Origin: an uncultured Gammaproteobacteria bacterium
GTDB taxonomy: Bacteria; Patescibacteriota; Patescibacteriia; Magasanikbacterales; GWA2-37-8
Length of the DNA: 64,000 nucleotides
Direction: 5' to 3'
Assembly (NCBI GenBank): GCA_964355175.1
Contig: CAYHBZ010000002.1
Coordinates: 332,537 to 396,536 of the forward strand
Shown one piece after another: positions 1 through 10,609 of this stretch; within the stretch, counting starts at the first letter, position 1; every line of letters begins with the position of its first letter. Below the pieces are notes generated by a model. It searched no databases. It had not been told where the DNA came from and saw nothing but the letters and a program-made list of their open reading frames with translations. The position numbers and the translations under genes were made by a program.

Positions 1-952
1 ATTCAAAAAATATGCCGACGCGCGTCGATGGAAATATCGTGAAGTGATTATTTCTGTTTTTGATGTCGATACTATCGTGCATCCGCAATACTTCGCTCAT
101 TTGAATTATATGTATTGTCTGCATCCGCGTCCGGAGCGAAGTTCGTTTCAGCCAATTACTTTGTACAATAACAATCTGTGGGAGTCGCCTTCAGTATTGC
201 GGGTGATGGCTTTTGGTACCAGTTTTTGGATGTTATTTTCTTTGGCGCGGTTGGACAGTTTGGTTACTTTTTCTTCGCACAGCATGAGCTTTCAGGCGGC
301 TCTGGAATCCGGTGGCCATGCCAAAGATATTGTGAGTGAAGATTCCAGAATTTTTTTCCAGTGCTGGCTGCACTATAGCGGTAACTATGAAGTGACCCCA
401 CTGTATATACCGGTTTCCATGGATACAGTGCGCGATGATAGTTGGTGGAAAAGTTTAAAAAATTTATATCTTCAACAACGCCGTTGGGCCTGGGGTAGTG
501 AAAATATCGCTTATCTACTTTGGCAATTCCGCAAGCATCCGGAGATTAGTCGTTTTAAAAAATTGTCTATTTTGTTTCATGAATGGGAGGGAAAATGGAG
601 TTGGGCGGTAGTGGCGATTTTGCTCACGATCCTTGGTCGTCTGCCGCTATGGGTTGCCGGAAACGAAGTTCGCAATAGCGCTTTATTTTTTAACACCCCT
701 CATGTTTTGGAAAATTTGATGGGTCTGGCCACTTTGGGATTGGTATTATCCGCCACCATGAGTCTTTTGATTTTGCCATCTCGTCCTGAAAATCATCCCC
801 GCTATAAATATATTTTTATGTTATTGCAATGGATGTTGGTGCCGGTTTCTTTAATTTTATTTTCTTCGGTTCCGTGTATTGATGCTGTGACCCATTTGAT
901 GTTTGGTAAATATCTGGGTTTTAATATTTCTACCAAAAAACGAGCTGTATAA
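1..952 (+). CDS. GT2-family processive glycosyltransferase, C-terminal part (5' end lies outside the window)
   Basis: The reading frame is open from position 2. It has a QxxRW motif (QQRRW) typical of cellulose-/chitin-synthase-like GT2 enzymes, followed by several hydrophobic helices. Confidence 0.55.
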   Translation, partial: FKKYADARRWKYREVIISVFDVDTIVHPQYFAHLNYMYCLHPRPERSSFQPITLYNNNLWESPSVLRVMAFGTSFWMLFSLARLDSLVTFSSHSMSFQAALESGGHAKDIVSEDSRIFFQCWLHYSGNYEVTPLYIPVSMDTVRDDSWWKSLKNLYLQQRRWAWGSENIAYLLWQFRKHPEISRFKKLSILFHEWEGKWSWAVVAILLTILGRLPLWVAGNEVRNSALFFNTPHVLENLMGLATLGLVLSATMSLLILPSRPENHPRYKYIFMLLQWMLVPVSLILFSSVPCIDAVTHLMFGKYLGFNISTKKRAV

Positions 953-967
953 TTAAGACAAAAATTT

Positions 968-2404
968 ATGTCCAAAGGAAAAATAATTTTATTAATATTG
1001 GTGTTTGTCTTGATCATCGGGACTGGTTTGGTTTACCAGTCTTGGCGTAGCGGTAATTTACAAAAGGCGATAGTGCAAGAAGTGGCGCAAAAAGTTTCTC
1101 CTGATAATTTGGGAGGCAGTTTGTTCACCGACGCCCTTGGGTTTAATGGCGCGCGTACTTATTTGTTATTATTTTTAAACAATACCGAGATGCGTCCGGG
1201 CGGTGGTTTTATCGGCGTGTATGCTTTGTTGCGTCTGGATAAAGGCACGCCGCATTTGGTGAAAGTAGAAGGCACGGAAGGTTTTGACAATAGTGCCAAA
1301 ACGGATTTTGAATCTACGCCACCGGCTCCGTTGTCAAAATATCTGGAAGTGAAGCGTTGGTATTTTAGAGACAGTAATTGGTCGGCGGATTTTGCCTCCT
1401 CATCGGAAAAATCAATTGAATTATTTTTGAAACAAGGCAACACGGCTAATGTGGATAAAATTGATGGTGTTATCGGATTTACACCGACGGTGATGGAAGA
1501 GTTGTTAAAAATTTCCGGACCGATAAAAATTGATAATCAGGAATTTAATTCGCAAAACTTTACTGAGAAATTGGAATATGAGGTAGAGTATGGCTATGCC
1601 CAAAAGGGTGTGGAGTTCAAAGATCGCAAAGCCATTATTGGCAAAATGGCCACTCAACTTTTGTCTCAGCTCAAATTCGAGTTGATAAAAGATTGGCCAA
1701 AATATTACAGCGCGGCGCAAAAAATGCTTGGTCAAAAACAGATTGTAATTTATTCTACGAATCCAGCCGAAGAAGAATTTTTGTCCGCCCGCGGCTATGG
1801 CGGTACGATGAAAAAAACAACCGGCGATTATCTGCTTTGGGCTGATGCCAATTTGGGCGCGCTCAAAACTGACGCGGCGATTGATAGGGAATTAAGTTAT
1901 CAAATTGTTTCTACCAGTAGCGGTAAATTTTTGGCTACTGCCAAGATGAAATTTACTCATACCGGTCATTTTGATTGGCGCACTTCCCGCTATCGTGATT
2001 ATGTCCGAATTTTTGTACCATCTGGCAGTCAGCTGGTGGGTGGTAGTGGACAAATGGAAATGGAAAAATCCAAACAAGTCGGCAAGGTAGATTCCGGTAT
2101 TGAAAATGGTCGCCAGTGGTTTGGGGCTTTTATCGCGGTGGAGCCGGGGAGAATTGGCGAGCTGTCTTTTAGTTATTATTTGCCCGATAATATCGTAAAT
2201 TCGATTAAAAATAATGAATATAATTTATTAGTGCAAAAGCAAATTGGCACCGCCGACACTAAATTGACTTTGGGTTTGAATTTTGATAAAAATTTAGTGG
2301 GCGCTTGGCCGGGAGAGGGTGTAGCCAAACACGGCGATACGCGCTATGATTTAGTGACAGATTTAGCAGAGGATAAAAATTTTAAAGTACAGTTGGCTAA
2401 TTGA
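968..2404 (+). CDS. membrane-anchored hypothetical protein (N-terminal TM helix; possibly DUF4012-like)
   Basis: 478-aa ORF with an N-terminal hydrophobic helix and an MRPGGGFIG segment. The family assignment is from memory only. Confidence 0.4.
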   Translation: MSKGKIILLILVFVLIIGTGLVYQSWRSGNLQKAIVQEVAQKVSPDNLGGSLFTDALGFNGARTYLLLFLNNTEMRPGGGFIGVYALLRLDKGTPHLVKVEGTEGFDNSAKTDFESTPPAPLSKYLEVKRWYFRDSNWSADFASSSEKSIELFLKQGNTANVDKIDGVIGFTPTVMEELLKISGPIKIDNQEFNSQNFTEKLEYEVEYGYAQKGVEFKDRKAIIGKMATQLLSQLKFELIKDWPKYYSAAQKMLGQKQIVIYSTNPAEEEFLSARGYGGTMKKTTGDYLLWADANLGALKTDAAIDRELSYQIVSTSSGKFLATAKMKFTHTGHFDWRTSRYRDYVRIFVPSGSQLVGGSGQMEMEKSKQVGKVDSGIENGRQWFGAFIAVEPGRIGELSFSYYLPDNIVNSIKNNEYNLLVQKQIGTADTKLTLGLNFDKNLVGAWPGEGVAKHGDTRYDLVTDLAEDKNFKVQLAN

Positions 2405-2405
2405 T

Positions 2406-3413
2406 ATGTTTATAAAAAAAATCGGAATTGATCTGGGAACAACTAATGTGCTGGTGTATGTGCCAAAAAAAGGGATCATTATCAATGAGCCTAGTGTGGT
2501 GGCAATCTCCAAAGCCGATGGTAAAGTATTGGCCGTAGGTCTGGAAGCCAAGGATATGATCGGTCGCACACCAGATACCATTATTGCCCAGCGTCCGCTC
2601 AAGGATGGCGTGATTGCCAATTATCACATTACGGAAGCAATGTTGCGTTATTTTATTAATAAAGCTTTGGGCGGGGCCAGATTATTTCGTCCGGAAGTAA
2701 TGGTGGCAGTGCCAGCCGGAATTACATCTACCGAACGTCGCGCCGTAATTGATGCTTCGATTGCTGCCGGTGCGCGCGCTGCTTATATTATCAAAGAACC
2801 AATAGTGGCCGCGATTGGCGCTGATATCCCAATTGGAGCGGCTTCCGGTCATATGATTATTGATATTGGTGGTGGTACGGCTGAGATTGCAGTGATTTCT
2901 TTGGGTGGTATTGTCTCTAGTGTCAGCGCGCGTGTGGGCGGTAATAAATTTGATCGCGCTATCATTGAATATATTCGTCATAAATATAATATGGCGGTGG
3001 GTGAGCGCAGCGCCGAAGAAATAAAAATTACGGTTGGCTCCGCTATGTTTATGGATAAACCGCTGACCATGGAAATAAAAGGCCGTGATATGATTGCCGG
3101 TTTGCCGCGCATACTTACCGTGTCTTCTGATGATGTGGTAGAGGCTCTGCAACACGAGCTGGAAGTGCTTATAAGTGCTATCAAACAAGTATTATACGAA
3201 ACACCGCCGGAATTATCCGCTGATGTGATGGACAAAGGTATCATTATGTCGGGCGGTTCGTCGATGTTGCGCAATTTAGATCAGCTGGTGGCGCAAGCTA
3301 CCGGTGTGCCGACTTACTTGGCCGAAGAGCCGCTGTTGTGTGTGGCCAAAGGTACCGGTATCGCGCTGGAAAATCTGGATAGTTATAAGCGCAGTATTCT
3401 GGCTACCAAGTAA
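2406..3413 (+). CDS. mreB: rod-shape determining actin-like protein MreB
   Basis: The N-terminal GIDLGTTN phosphate-1 motif and full-length collinearity with MreB/actin-fold ATPases. Confidence 0.9.
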   Translation: MFIKKIGIDLGTTNVLVYVPKKGIIINEPSVVAISKADGKVLAVGLEAKDMIGRTPDTIIAQRPLKDGVIANYHITEAMLRYFINKALGGARLFRPEVMVAVPAGITSTERRAVIDASIAAGARAAYIIKEPIVAAIGADIPIGAASGHMIIDIGGGTAEIAVISLGGIVSSVSARVGGNKFDRAIIEYIRHKYNMAVGERSAEEIKITVGSAMFMDKPLTMEIKGRDMIAGLPRILTVSSDDVVEALQHELEVLISAIKQVLYETPPELSADVMDKGIIMSGGSSMLRNLDQLVAQATGVPTYLAEEPLLCVAKGTGIALENLDSYKRSILATK

Positions 3414-3469
3414 GTTTCTTCGAAACTCTAGAAATCTTAAGACTCTTCGAGAAATATTAATTTTCTTAT

Positions 3470-4573
3470 ATGATTATTGGAATCGACGCTTCTCATGCCA
3501 ACAAAGCCAGCCGTACCGGCGTGGAGGAGTATTGTTTTCAGATGATAGAAGAATTTAAAAAAATTATCCCGTCCCAGGCGCGGGTAATTTTATTTTCACC
3601 CACGCCCTTGGTTTCTGAATTTTCAGCTTTGCCGGCGAATTGGGAGGTAAAAATTTTGTCATGGCCATTGAAAAAATTATGGAGCCAATTTTGTTTGGCC
3701 TATGAGCTGTGGCGACATCCGGTAGACATTTATTTTTCTCCCGGACAACTACTGCCATTTTTTGCGCCTAAAAATTCGGTAGTGATGATCCACGACAGTG
3801 CTTTTGAGGCTTGTCCGAAAGCCTATAGTTTTTGGGGAAGGCAGTATTTAAAGTGGATGAATAAGCTTATAGTGAAAAAATCCAAATTAATTTTGACCTC
3901 TACTCAATTTAACAAAAGTGAATTACTTAAGTATTACAGTTATTTTTTTGAAGAACAAAGAGATTTGTTTGATAAAATAAAAGTAGTTCCTTTGGCTTAT
4001 GATAACAAAAAATTTAATCTAGAAGCGGTGCCAGTGGAAAATTCGTTTGGTAAATATATTTTATCAGTGGGTCGTTTGGAAGAAAAAAAGAACACCAAAA
4101 CTATTATTGAAGCGTTTGAGTTATTAAAAACAAAAATTTCAGATTTAAAATTAATTTTGGTTGGACGACCTGGATCCGGATATTTATTAATAAGAGAAGC
4201 GATTGATAATAGTGATTATAAAAAAGATATTTTGGAAATAGGTTTTGTGGATGATATAGTCGACATTGTTAAGAACGCTCAAGTCTTTGTGTTTCCTTCA
4301 TTATACGAAGGTTTTGGTATCCCGGTGTTGGAGGCAATGGCGATGGGTGTGCCGGTAGTGGCGAGCGACATTGAGGCGTTGCACGAAGTCGGTGGTAAGG
4401 CGTTGGTATATGAAACTAACGTGCAGGATATGGCTGATAAAATATTGAGATTGATGAGCGAGACTGAGTTTAGACAACGACAAGTGAATTTAGGCCTGGA
4501 TTTGGTGGCAGAATTTAGTTGGGAGAAGACAGCTACGAATAGTTGGAATCATATATTAACAATCCTAGATTAA
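3470..4573 (+). CDS. GT4/GT1-family glycosyltransferase
   Basis: C-terminal EGFGIPVLEAMAMGVPVVASD motif typical of retaining GT4 enzymes. Confidence 0.8.
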   Translation: MIIGIDASHANKASRTGVEEYCFQMIEEFKKIIPSQARVILFSPTPLVSEFSALPANWEVKILSWPLKKLWSQFCLAYELWRHPVDIYFSPGQLLPFFAPKNSVVMIHDSAFEACPKAYSFWGRQYLKWMNKLIVKKSKLILTSTQFNKSELLKYYSYFFEEQRDLFDKIKVVPLAYDNKKFNLEAVPVENSFGKYILSVGRLEEKKNTKTIIEAFELLKTKISDLKLILVGRPGSGYLLIREAIDNSDYKKDILEIGFVDDIVDIVKNAQVFVFPSLYEGFGIPVLEAMAMGVPVVASDIEALHEVGGKALVYETNVQDMADKILRLMSETEFRQRQVNLGLDLVAEFSWEKTATNSWNHILTILD

Positions 4574-4666
4574 GTCTTTGTCGGTAGTTAAATATTTAAG
4601 AATGTTGTTAATTTTGCAGAATTGTGGTAGTATAGCAATACTAAATATAATAATAATTTTAATTAT

Positions 4667-7600
4667 ATGAGAGAGGGATTTACTCCGTCGGTGGAAAGAC
4701 CGATGAACTATAAAAAAGAACGAAAGCAAGAATTGAGTGTTGCAGAGTTGTTATTTGATGAGATTAATACCGAAATTCAACGCTCTAACAAAGGTAAGGA
4801 AAAAGATAAAAAAATAAAATTTATTGATCATCCACGTTATGGCGAATGGAAAGCTTTGCGTGACGCCAATGTGGCTGAATCTTTACGGGCTGACTCTACC
4901 AAAAGAGAATCCGATTTTAGAAATGCGCACGAACAGGAGATGCAAGATTCTCGAGCGGTTTTTAATGATAGAGCAGATGAAAAGAATAGGGAATTAACGC
5001 TCCTAAGAGCGCAGGCTCAAGAAGCGGCCGCTTCTGAAGCAAAAAGGGCGGAAGTTTTGGCCGTAGAAGAAGCTAAAAGAAAGGACTTGGAGAGTTTGTC
5101 GATTGATAGATTTTATAGAGACGGTAAAAAAATTGATAGCGCTCATGCCAGCCAAAAAGACGCTGGTAATTTGCTGTTGGGTAAAAAAGATGCTGGATTA
5201 TCAGTGGCTGGTCGTTTGGTAGAAGATGGTTTTGAAGGTGAAGAGGCAAAAAGACAGATCAATAGTATTATCAAAGACATGGGTCAATTAAAAAATGTTT
5301 ATTCTGTTCAGATTAAGTCTTTGCAAGAAATGGGTTTGGTGGATAGAATTATGGGCAGACGCGCGGCTTTAGAAAAACAAATGGCTGAAACTCAGGCTGA
5401 TATCCTTTTGAAATCGGAGGCCCTCTTGAAAGAATTTAAAGTTTCTGGAAAAGTATTTGCTCAGCAAGAGATGATTGTGGAAAGATTGTGGGATTTGTCT
5501 AAAAAATTAGAAAATAAAGTGTCTGTTGGAGAGGCTGTGGTAGCGTTGACTGTTTTGGCAGCCATCCTGGCTGGTGGTGCTAGTGAAGTTGCTAAGAAAG
5601 TATCGGCAGCTGATGATTTTCGCGCTCCAGCGGTGGCGTCTTATGATACTTTCGGTGATTCCAATCTCGACCAAGATTCATTTACATCTGATTTGGTAGA
5701 GGGAAAAGTTAGTGGTTATAAGGTAAGCTCAGAAACTGTTTCTTCATCGGCTGAGTCTGAGAGTAAAGTAACTAAGGAATTATTCTCCTTAACCCCAGAA
5801 GAATCTGATAAAGTAAAAAGTTTTAAGGATTGGCGTCGAGCTATTCTTAATCCGGAATTTATTGGTAAAGAGAAAAAAGATGGATCTGTGCCTACAACTG
5901 AAAGAGGTCGTAATGTAGCTCCAGGGACTCAGTTGGAAATTTCAGTAGATGGTAATGTATTAATTGCCGGCGAAGTTGAAAAATATGGTAGTATTTGGGG
6001 TGTATTAGAAGAAAATAAAAATGAAATTAAAAAAGTTGCCAAAGAAAAAGGGTGGGGCAACTTAGATTTGCGTATTATTGAATCAGTTGATTCTAAAGAC
6101 GGCGAAAGTAAAATAAAAGGCAAAGTAGCTCATGATAAAGAGAAGGGTGATAGCAACAAATCCCGTAAAGACATAGCCAAAGTTGGTGCAGCTGATACTG
6201 GATCAGAGGATGAAAATCCGGCGCTAAAAGAGGCCGCCCGCCATTCTGCCAATGATCGACTTGGGGAAATTGGTGTCAGACATCAAATCGGCCATGATTA
6301 TCCTTCGCTAGATGGTTATCAAGGTGCAATTGATGAATTGAAAAAAATCAAAAATATTGATGCTAGTTTGGAAAATCCAGTCAAAGCGGAAATAAAACGA
6401 TTAGAAACAGCTAAAGAAGATTTAAAAAATAGATTGGTAAAAGCCAAAGGCGAAGCAGAAAAATATATCGAAAGTAAAGGCGTTAAGCATACAGTGGGAC
6501 TCGACTATAAAACTATTAAAGATTATGATCAGGCTATTGACGAATTAAGCCAGATTGAAGGCGGTATTGTTTTGCCGCCCATAGTGGATATGCAACAAAC
6601 AGATGATTCCAAGAGAATGTCTCAGATTAAAGATGGTGTCCGAGCAGAGAGAGAGCGTTTGGAAACAGCCAAGCAAAATTTAAGACTAAAACAGATCCAA
6701 GCGGGCATAGACAATGAGAGTTCGGTACCGGAAGCTGGGAAACCAGAAAAATTGGATTTTAAACCGTCTTTAAAAGTTTCCGATTTGATGTCAGATGCAG
6801 AGTTGAGTTTGGCGGCTAGTGGTGAAATGTATGGACGTAATTTAGTGAAAGCTCATAATTTGACTAGTTCAGTATTTGAATATTTGGGTGGAGAAGATCA
6901 ACATTTATTTGATTCTTTGTCTGAAAAAGATTTAAGAAAATTTTTGGGAATGGTTGAGGAAGCCAAAAGTTTATACAATCTTGTTTTAACTGTCAAAGAA
7001 GATGGTAAAATAAAGCCAAACCCAACTACAATAGAACAAGCCAAAAAAGGTCAAGAAATCGCTGGGAAATTGGCGATTGAGTTAGATGATGCTATTCCAA
7101 AAAATAGTGTGGACAAGGCGGTTGTTTCTGCTGGTCAGCGTCTAGAAATTTTATACAAAGAAACTGAATCTAGGACAGGAAATGTAGCTTTGTATGGGCC
7201 AGATGGAGCTTTGGATACACTACAAAAAGTCATGAAGAGTATAAAAACAAAAGGTAAGATCGGGAGTTCGGATCGTAAAATTTTAAAAAAAATAGAGAGT
7301 ACGGCTCATACTGTCTTGCATAGTGATAATAATCTTGAGCCGGATAAAAAAGCCGCCAAAGAAGTTTTGGCCATTTCTGTTATTTTGAAAGGGTCAATCT
7401 CTAAGAGGGATCAAAATCGTGTTGAGAAGGAAGAGTCAGCTGGTCTTGGAGTGCGCTATGAATTACCTAAGCCAGCAGATCAGAGAACCGACAAAGATCT
7501 AAATAAATTGTTGTCCAATAAAGTAAAAGATCAAATCAATCAAGCCTATGAATTGGCCGAAAAGCTGTCGGATGATAGTCCGTCGAGTGATGTAGCCTAT

Positions 7601-7888
7601 GATTTGGTTTCAGCCGCCGCTTTGCTTGAGCAGCTATTGTTGCGTCCTATGGAATTGGGAGATATTCAGGATAAATTAAGCAGAGCCGAAGATCTTATTT
7701 CAAAGACCCAGGCCAAGGTAGGTAATAGTAAGATTTATCCAAGGGAATACACAGAGGCTTTGAGCCAACTAAATTCCGCTTTTATTGGCACTCGGGATTC
7801 TTTGATAAAGACTGAGGTTATCAAGCAGATCGATAAGCGGGTCGCTCCGGTAGAAAAAATCGGCAAGCGCGTGGCCGATCGTAAATAA
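4667..7888 (+). CDS. large K/E-rich coiled-coil protein with a single central TM helix, function unknown
   Basis: 1073 aa, strongly charged low-complexity/coiled-coil composition, with internal repeats (..YQGAIDELKKI.. and ..YDQAIDELSQI..). One hydrophobic segment, VVALTVLAAILAGG. A candidate TTGTTA-17-TAGTAT promoter lies upstream. Confidence 0.5.
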   Translation: MREGFTPSVERPMNYKKERKQELSVAELLFDEINTEIQRSNKGKEKDKKIKFIDHPRYGEWKALRDANVAESLRADSTKRESDFRNAHEQEMQDSRAVFNDRADEKNRELTLLRAQAQEAAASEAKRAEVLAVEEAKRKDLESLSIDRFYRDGKKIDSAHASQKDAGNLLLGKKDAGLSVAGRLVEDGFEGEEAKRQINSIIKDMGQLKNVYSVQIKSLQEMGLVDRIMGRRAALEKQMAETQADILLKSEALLKEFKVSGKVFAQQEMIVERLWDLSKKLENKVSVGEAVVALTVLAAILAGGASEVAKKVSAADDFRAPAVASYDTFGDSNLDQDSFTSDLVEGKVSGYKVSSETVSSSAESESKVTKELFSLTPEESDKVKSFKDWRRAILNPEFIGKEKKDGSVPTTERGRNVAPGTQLEISVDGNVLIAGEVEKYGSIWGVLEENKNEIKKVAKEKGWGNLDLRIIESVDSKDGESKIKGKVAHDKEKGDSNKSRKDIAKVGAADTGSEDENPALKEAARHSANDRLGEIGVRHQIGHDYPSLDGYQGAIDELKKIKNIDASLENPVKAEIKRLETAKEDLKNRLVKAKGEAEKYIESKGVKHTVGLDYKTIKDYDQAIDELSQIEGGIVLPPIVDMQQTDDSKRMSQIKDGVRAERERLETAKQNLRLKQIQAGIDNESSVPEAGKPEKLDFKPSLKVSDLMSDAELSLAASGEMYGRNLVKAHNLTSSVFEYLGGEDQHLFDSLSEKDLRKFLGMVEEAKSLYNLVLTVKEDGKIKPNPTTIEQAKKGQEIAGKLAIELDDAIPKNSVDKAVVSAGQRLEILYKETESRTGNVALYGPDGALDTLQKVMKSIKTKGKIGSSDRKILKKIESTAHTVLHSDNNLEPDKKAAKEVLAISVILKGSISKRDQNRVEKEESAGLGVRYELPKPADQRTDKDLNKLLSNKVKDQINQAYELAEKLSDDSPSSDVAYDLVSAAALLEQLLLRPMELGDIQDKLSRAEDLISKTQAKVGNSKIYPREYTEALSQLNSAFIGTRDSLIKTEVIKQIDKRVAPVEKIGKRVADRK

Positions 7889-7904
7889 ACATTAATTACT
7901 AAAA

Positions 7905-7932
7905 GTCCCTCTGAAATCGAGGGGCTTTTTTA
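7905..7932 (+). terminator. rho-independent terminator
   Basis: Hairpin CCCTC-TGAAATC-GAGGG followed by a T-run. Confidence 0.6.
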
Positions 7933-7974
7933 TTTGCCAAAAAGCCGAATATTTGCTAGAATACCAATGTATTT

Positions 7975-8877
7975 ATGCATTTTATAGGCAATAAACAAAT
8001 CGCTAATTTTTTGGAATCATCGTTTGAAAACGGTACTTTTGGTCACGCTTATTGTCTGATAGGCGCGTCTGCGGTGGGCAAGCGCACTCTGGCCAATGAA
8101 TTGGCCGCCAAAATTTTGGAAACTACGGTCGGCAGTCTGCCTACCAATCCGGATTATGTGTATGTGCAACGCCTAGAAGACGAAAAAACCGGTAAAAAGA
8201 AAAAAGAGATCGCGGCTGATCAGATCAGACAGGTTCGTGAAAAATTTTATAACAGTTCCTGGCTCAATGGGTATAAAGTAATAGTGCTCGACGAAGCCGA
8301 ATTGCTAAATGAAGAATCAGCCAATGCCTTTTTAAAAATTCTTGAAGAACCGCCGGCCAAAAGTATTATTTTTATCTTGACCGAGAATGATAATTTGCTC
8401 TTGCCTACTATTCGTTCGCGCTGTCAGTGTTTGGAATTATCAGCGGTATCAGATGTGGAAATTTCCGAGTTTTTAAAAAGTTTAAATTGTCACGACAGTC
8501 AGGCGCAAGAAATTATTAAATTAGCCTGGGGGCGTCCGGGCAAAGCCAAAGAGCTTTTGGCGGACAATGAAAAATATTTACAAAATTTTGAAGAGCAAAG
8601 ACGGTTTGAAAAAATTCTGAGATCACCAATCTATGAACGCTGGGCGCTGATGGAGGATGTGCTCAGTGAAAAAGGCGGTCTGATAAAAACCAAAGAAAAG
8701 CTTGAACCGATTTTGGAAAGCTGGATAATGTTTTGGAGAGATCTAATGATTGCCGATCTGGCCAATGGAAAAAAATATCAGCAAAATATCGATCAAACCA
8801 ATAAAACAAAAAATCTGTTCGGTGCCAATGTCAATTCCAAGCTGGCAATCGAACAGCTCTTAACTAATATTTATTAA
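7975..8877 (+). CDS. holB: DNA polymerase III delta' subunit
   Basis: AAA+ clamp-loader P-loop (GASAVGKRT) and SRC motif (SRCQCLEL). Confidence 0.8.
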   Translation: MHFIGNKQIANFLESSFENGTFGHAYCLIGASAVGKRTLANELAAKILETTVGSLPTNPDYVYVQRLEDEKTGKKKKEIAADQIRQVREKFYNSSWLNGYKVIVLDEAELLNEESANAFLKILEEPPAKSIIFILTENDNLLLPTIRSRCQCLELSAVSDVEISEFLKSLNCHDSQAQEIIKLAWGRPGKAKELLADNEKYLQNFEEQRRFEKILRSPIYERWALMEDVLSEKGGLIKTKEKLEPILESWIMFWRDLMIADLANGKKYQQNIDQTNKTKNLFGANVNSKLAIEQLLTNIY

Positions 8878-8879
8878 AC

Positions 8880-9962
8880 TTGTATATGCGTAAACTTTAT
8901 TTACTAGGCGCGATAGTGACAGCTCTGCTCACGGCTGGAGCCGGTTGTTTGCAGTTTGGTGCCAGCACTGCCGTTGGTCCGATGGGCATGTACCAGTCGT
9001 CAGACAAAGGCGAAGTCTGGAAGCAGATCGCCGCTTTTCCTAGCTTGCAAGGAGTAAAAAGTATTAGCGGGGTGAATGTTTATCGTGTTCATACTGATCC
9101 TTCTGATCCAAACGCGCTTTATATTGCTTCTCGCGGTCAGGGCGTTTATTATTCTTTAGACAACGGCGCCAGTTGGCAGGGAGTGCCGGCGATGAGCGGC
9201 AAATTTATTTATGGCTTGGCGGTGGATCCAAAAGATAAGTGCACGGTATTTGTTAGCGACGGCGCTCATATTTATAAAACTATCGATTGTCTGCGTACCT
9301 TTAATATTATCTATACCGAAGAGCGTCCGGATCAGCGTGTGGTGTCGGTATCGGTAGATTATGGTAACAGCAATTTGGTGTATGCGGCTGAACTGGGTGG
9401 TGATCTTTTGGCTAGTAATGATGCTGGGCGCAGTTGGCGCGTGACCAAACGTTTTGGTTTCCAACTTCAGTATTTGGAAAGTGATAAATTTAATCCGGGT
9501 CGTATTTGGGTGGCCGCTTATCAGAATGGTTTGTTCCGTTCCGACAATGGCACTGATTGGAATGATCTGTCTCCGGGATTAGAAAATTTTACCGATGGCA
9601 AGAAGTTTTATCGCCTAGTTCTCAATCCTGGTAAAAAGAACAGTGTATTCTGGGTTTCCAAATATGGAATTTTGGAATCTAACGATGCCGGTAATAATTG
9701 GACTGAATTGAAATTAATCACTCCTCCAGGCAGTGTGAATATTTATGGATTTGCAGTGAATGGAAAAAATCAAAACGAAATGTATTACACCGGCACAATC
9801 TTGGGAGACAAAAATGTGCATGTGCGTTCTACTTTTTACAAAACCACCGATGGCGGTAAGAATTGGGTGACTAAAAAATTACCGACCAATACTATCCCGA
9901 CATGGATTTTGATTAATCCGGACAAGGACAGTATTTTATCTATGGGTTTTGCGACTTTATAA
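8880..9962 (+). CDS. BNR/Asp-box repeat lipoprotein (Ycf48-like)
   Basis: Signal peptide with a lipobox (LTAGAGC). At least six S-x-D-x-G-x-x-W Asp-box repeats (SSDKGEVW, SLDNGASW, SNDAGRSW, SDNGTDW, SNDAGNNW, TTDGGKNW). Confidence 0.7.
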   Translation: MYMRKLYLLGAIVTALLTAGAGCLQFGASTAVGPMGMYQSSDKGEVWKQIAAFPSLQGVKSISGVNVYRVHTDPSDPNALYIASRGQGVYYSLDNGASWQGVPAMSGKFIYGLAVDPKDKCTVFVSDGAHIYKTIDCLRTFNIIYTEERPDQRVVSVSVDYGNSNLVYAAELGGDLLASNDAGRSWRVTKRFGFQLQYLESDKFNPGRIWVAAYQNGLFRSDNGTDWNDLSPGLENFTDGKKFYRLVLNPGKKNSVFWVSKYGILESNDAGNNWTELKLITPPGSVNIYGFAVNGKNQNEMYYTGTILGDKNVHVRSTFYKTTDGGKNWVTKKLPTNTIPTWILINPDKDSILSMGFATL

Positions 9963-10000
9963 TTAATTTCACTTATTTCGATTATATCTAATATATAATC

Positions 10001-10052
10001 TTCATTCATTCGGAAATGAATTTATAAATAAATTCATTTCTCTCACTCATTT
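10001..10052. repeat. overlapping palindromes; member of the short intergenic repeat family (TCATTCATTCGG..ATGA.. / CTCACTCATT motifs)
   Basis: GAAATGAATTTAT-A-ATAAATTCATTTC is a perfect 13-bp-arm palindrome. ATTCATTCGGAAATGAAT is a second hairpin. Both motifs recur at 40458, 61087, 61842 and 62941. Confidence 0.5.
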
Positions 10053-10057
10053 AGATT

Positions 10058-10606
10058 ATGAACATTAATGATTTTAAGGGGGAATTTGATAAGGTGGTAG
10101 ATTTCTTGAAAAAAGATATTGTGGGTTTGCGTACTGGGCGAGCTTCGGTGGCAATGGTAGAGGATATTTCGGTAGAAGCCTATGGCACCTATCAGCCTCT
10201 GAAATCCGTGGCCTCGATTATGATCGCCGATGCCAAGACCTTAAATATTGAACCTTGGGATAAGAGTGTGGTAGGAAATATCGAAAAAGGCATTCGTGAT
10301 TCCGGTATCGGTGTCAATCCGGTAAATGATGGCCGGGTGATTCGCGTGATCTTGCCGGATCTCACTACCGATCGCCGTCGTGAATTGACCAAAGTCTTGC
10401 ACGAAAAATTGGAAAACGCCCGCGTGTCTATGCGTAAAGTGCGTCAGGAAGCCCGAGAACTGATAGAAATGGAAGAAGAAAATAAAGCCGTGAGCGAAGA
10501 TGAAAAATTCAAACTGTTTGAAGATTTAGAAAAAATGGTAAAAGATTACTCCGAACAAATTAAAGAAGTGGGGGAGAAGAAAGAAAATGAAATTAATACT
10601 ATTTAG
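10058..10606 (+). CDS. frr: ribosome recycling factor
   Basis: Full-length match to the RRF pattern (..VDFLKKDIVGLRTGRAS.., ..VGNIEKGIRDSGIGVNP..). Confidence 0.9.
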   Translation: MNINDFKGEFDKVVDFLKKDIVGLRTGRASVAMVEDISVEAYGTYQPLKSVASIMIADAKTLNIEPWDKSVVGNIEKGIRDSGIGVNPVNDGRVIRVILPDLTTDRRRELTKVLHEKLENARVSMRKVRQEARELIEMEEENKAVSEDEKFKLFEDLEKMVKDYSEQIKEVGEKKENEINTI

Positions 10607-10609
10607 TAT

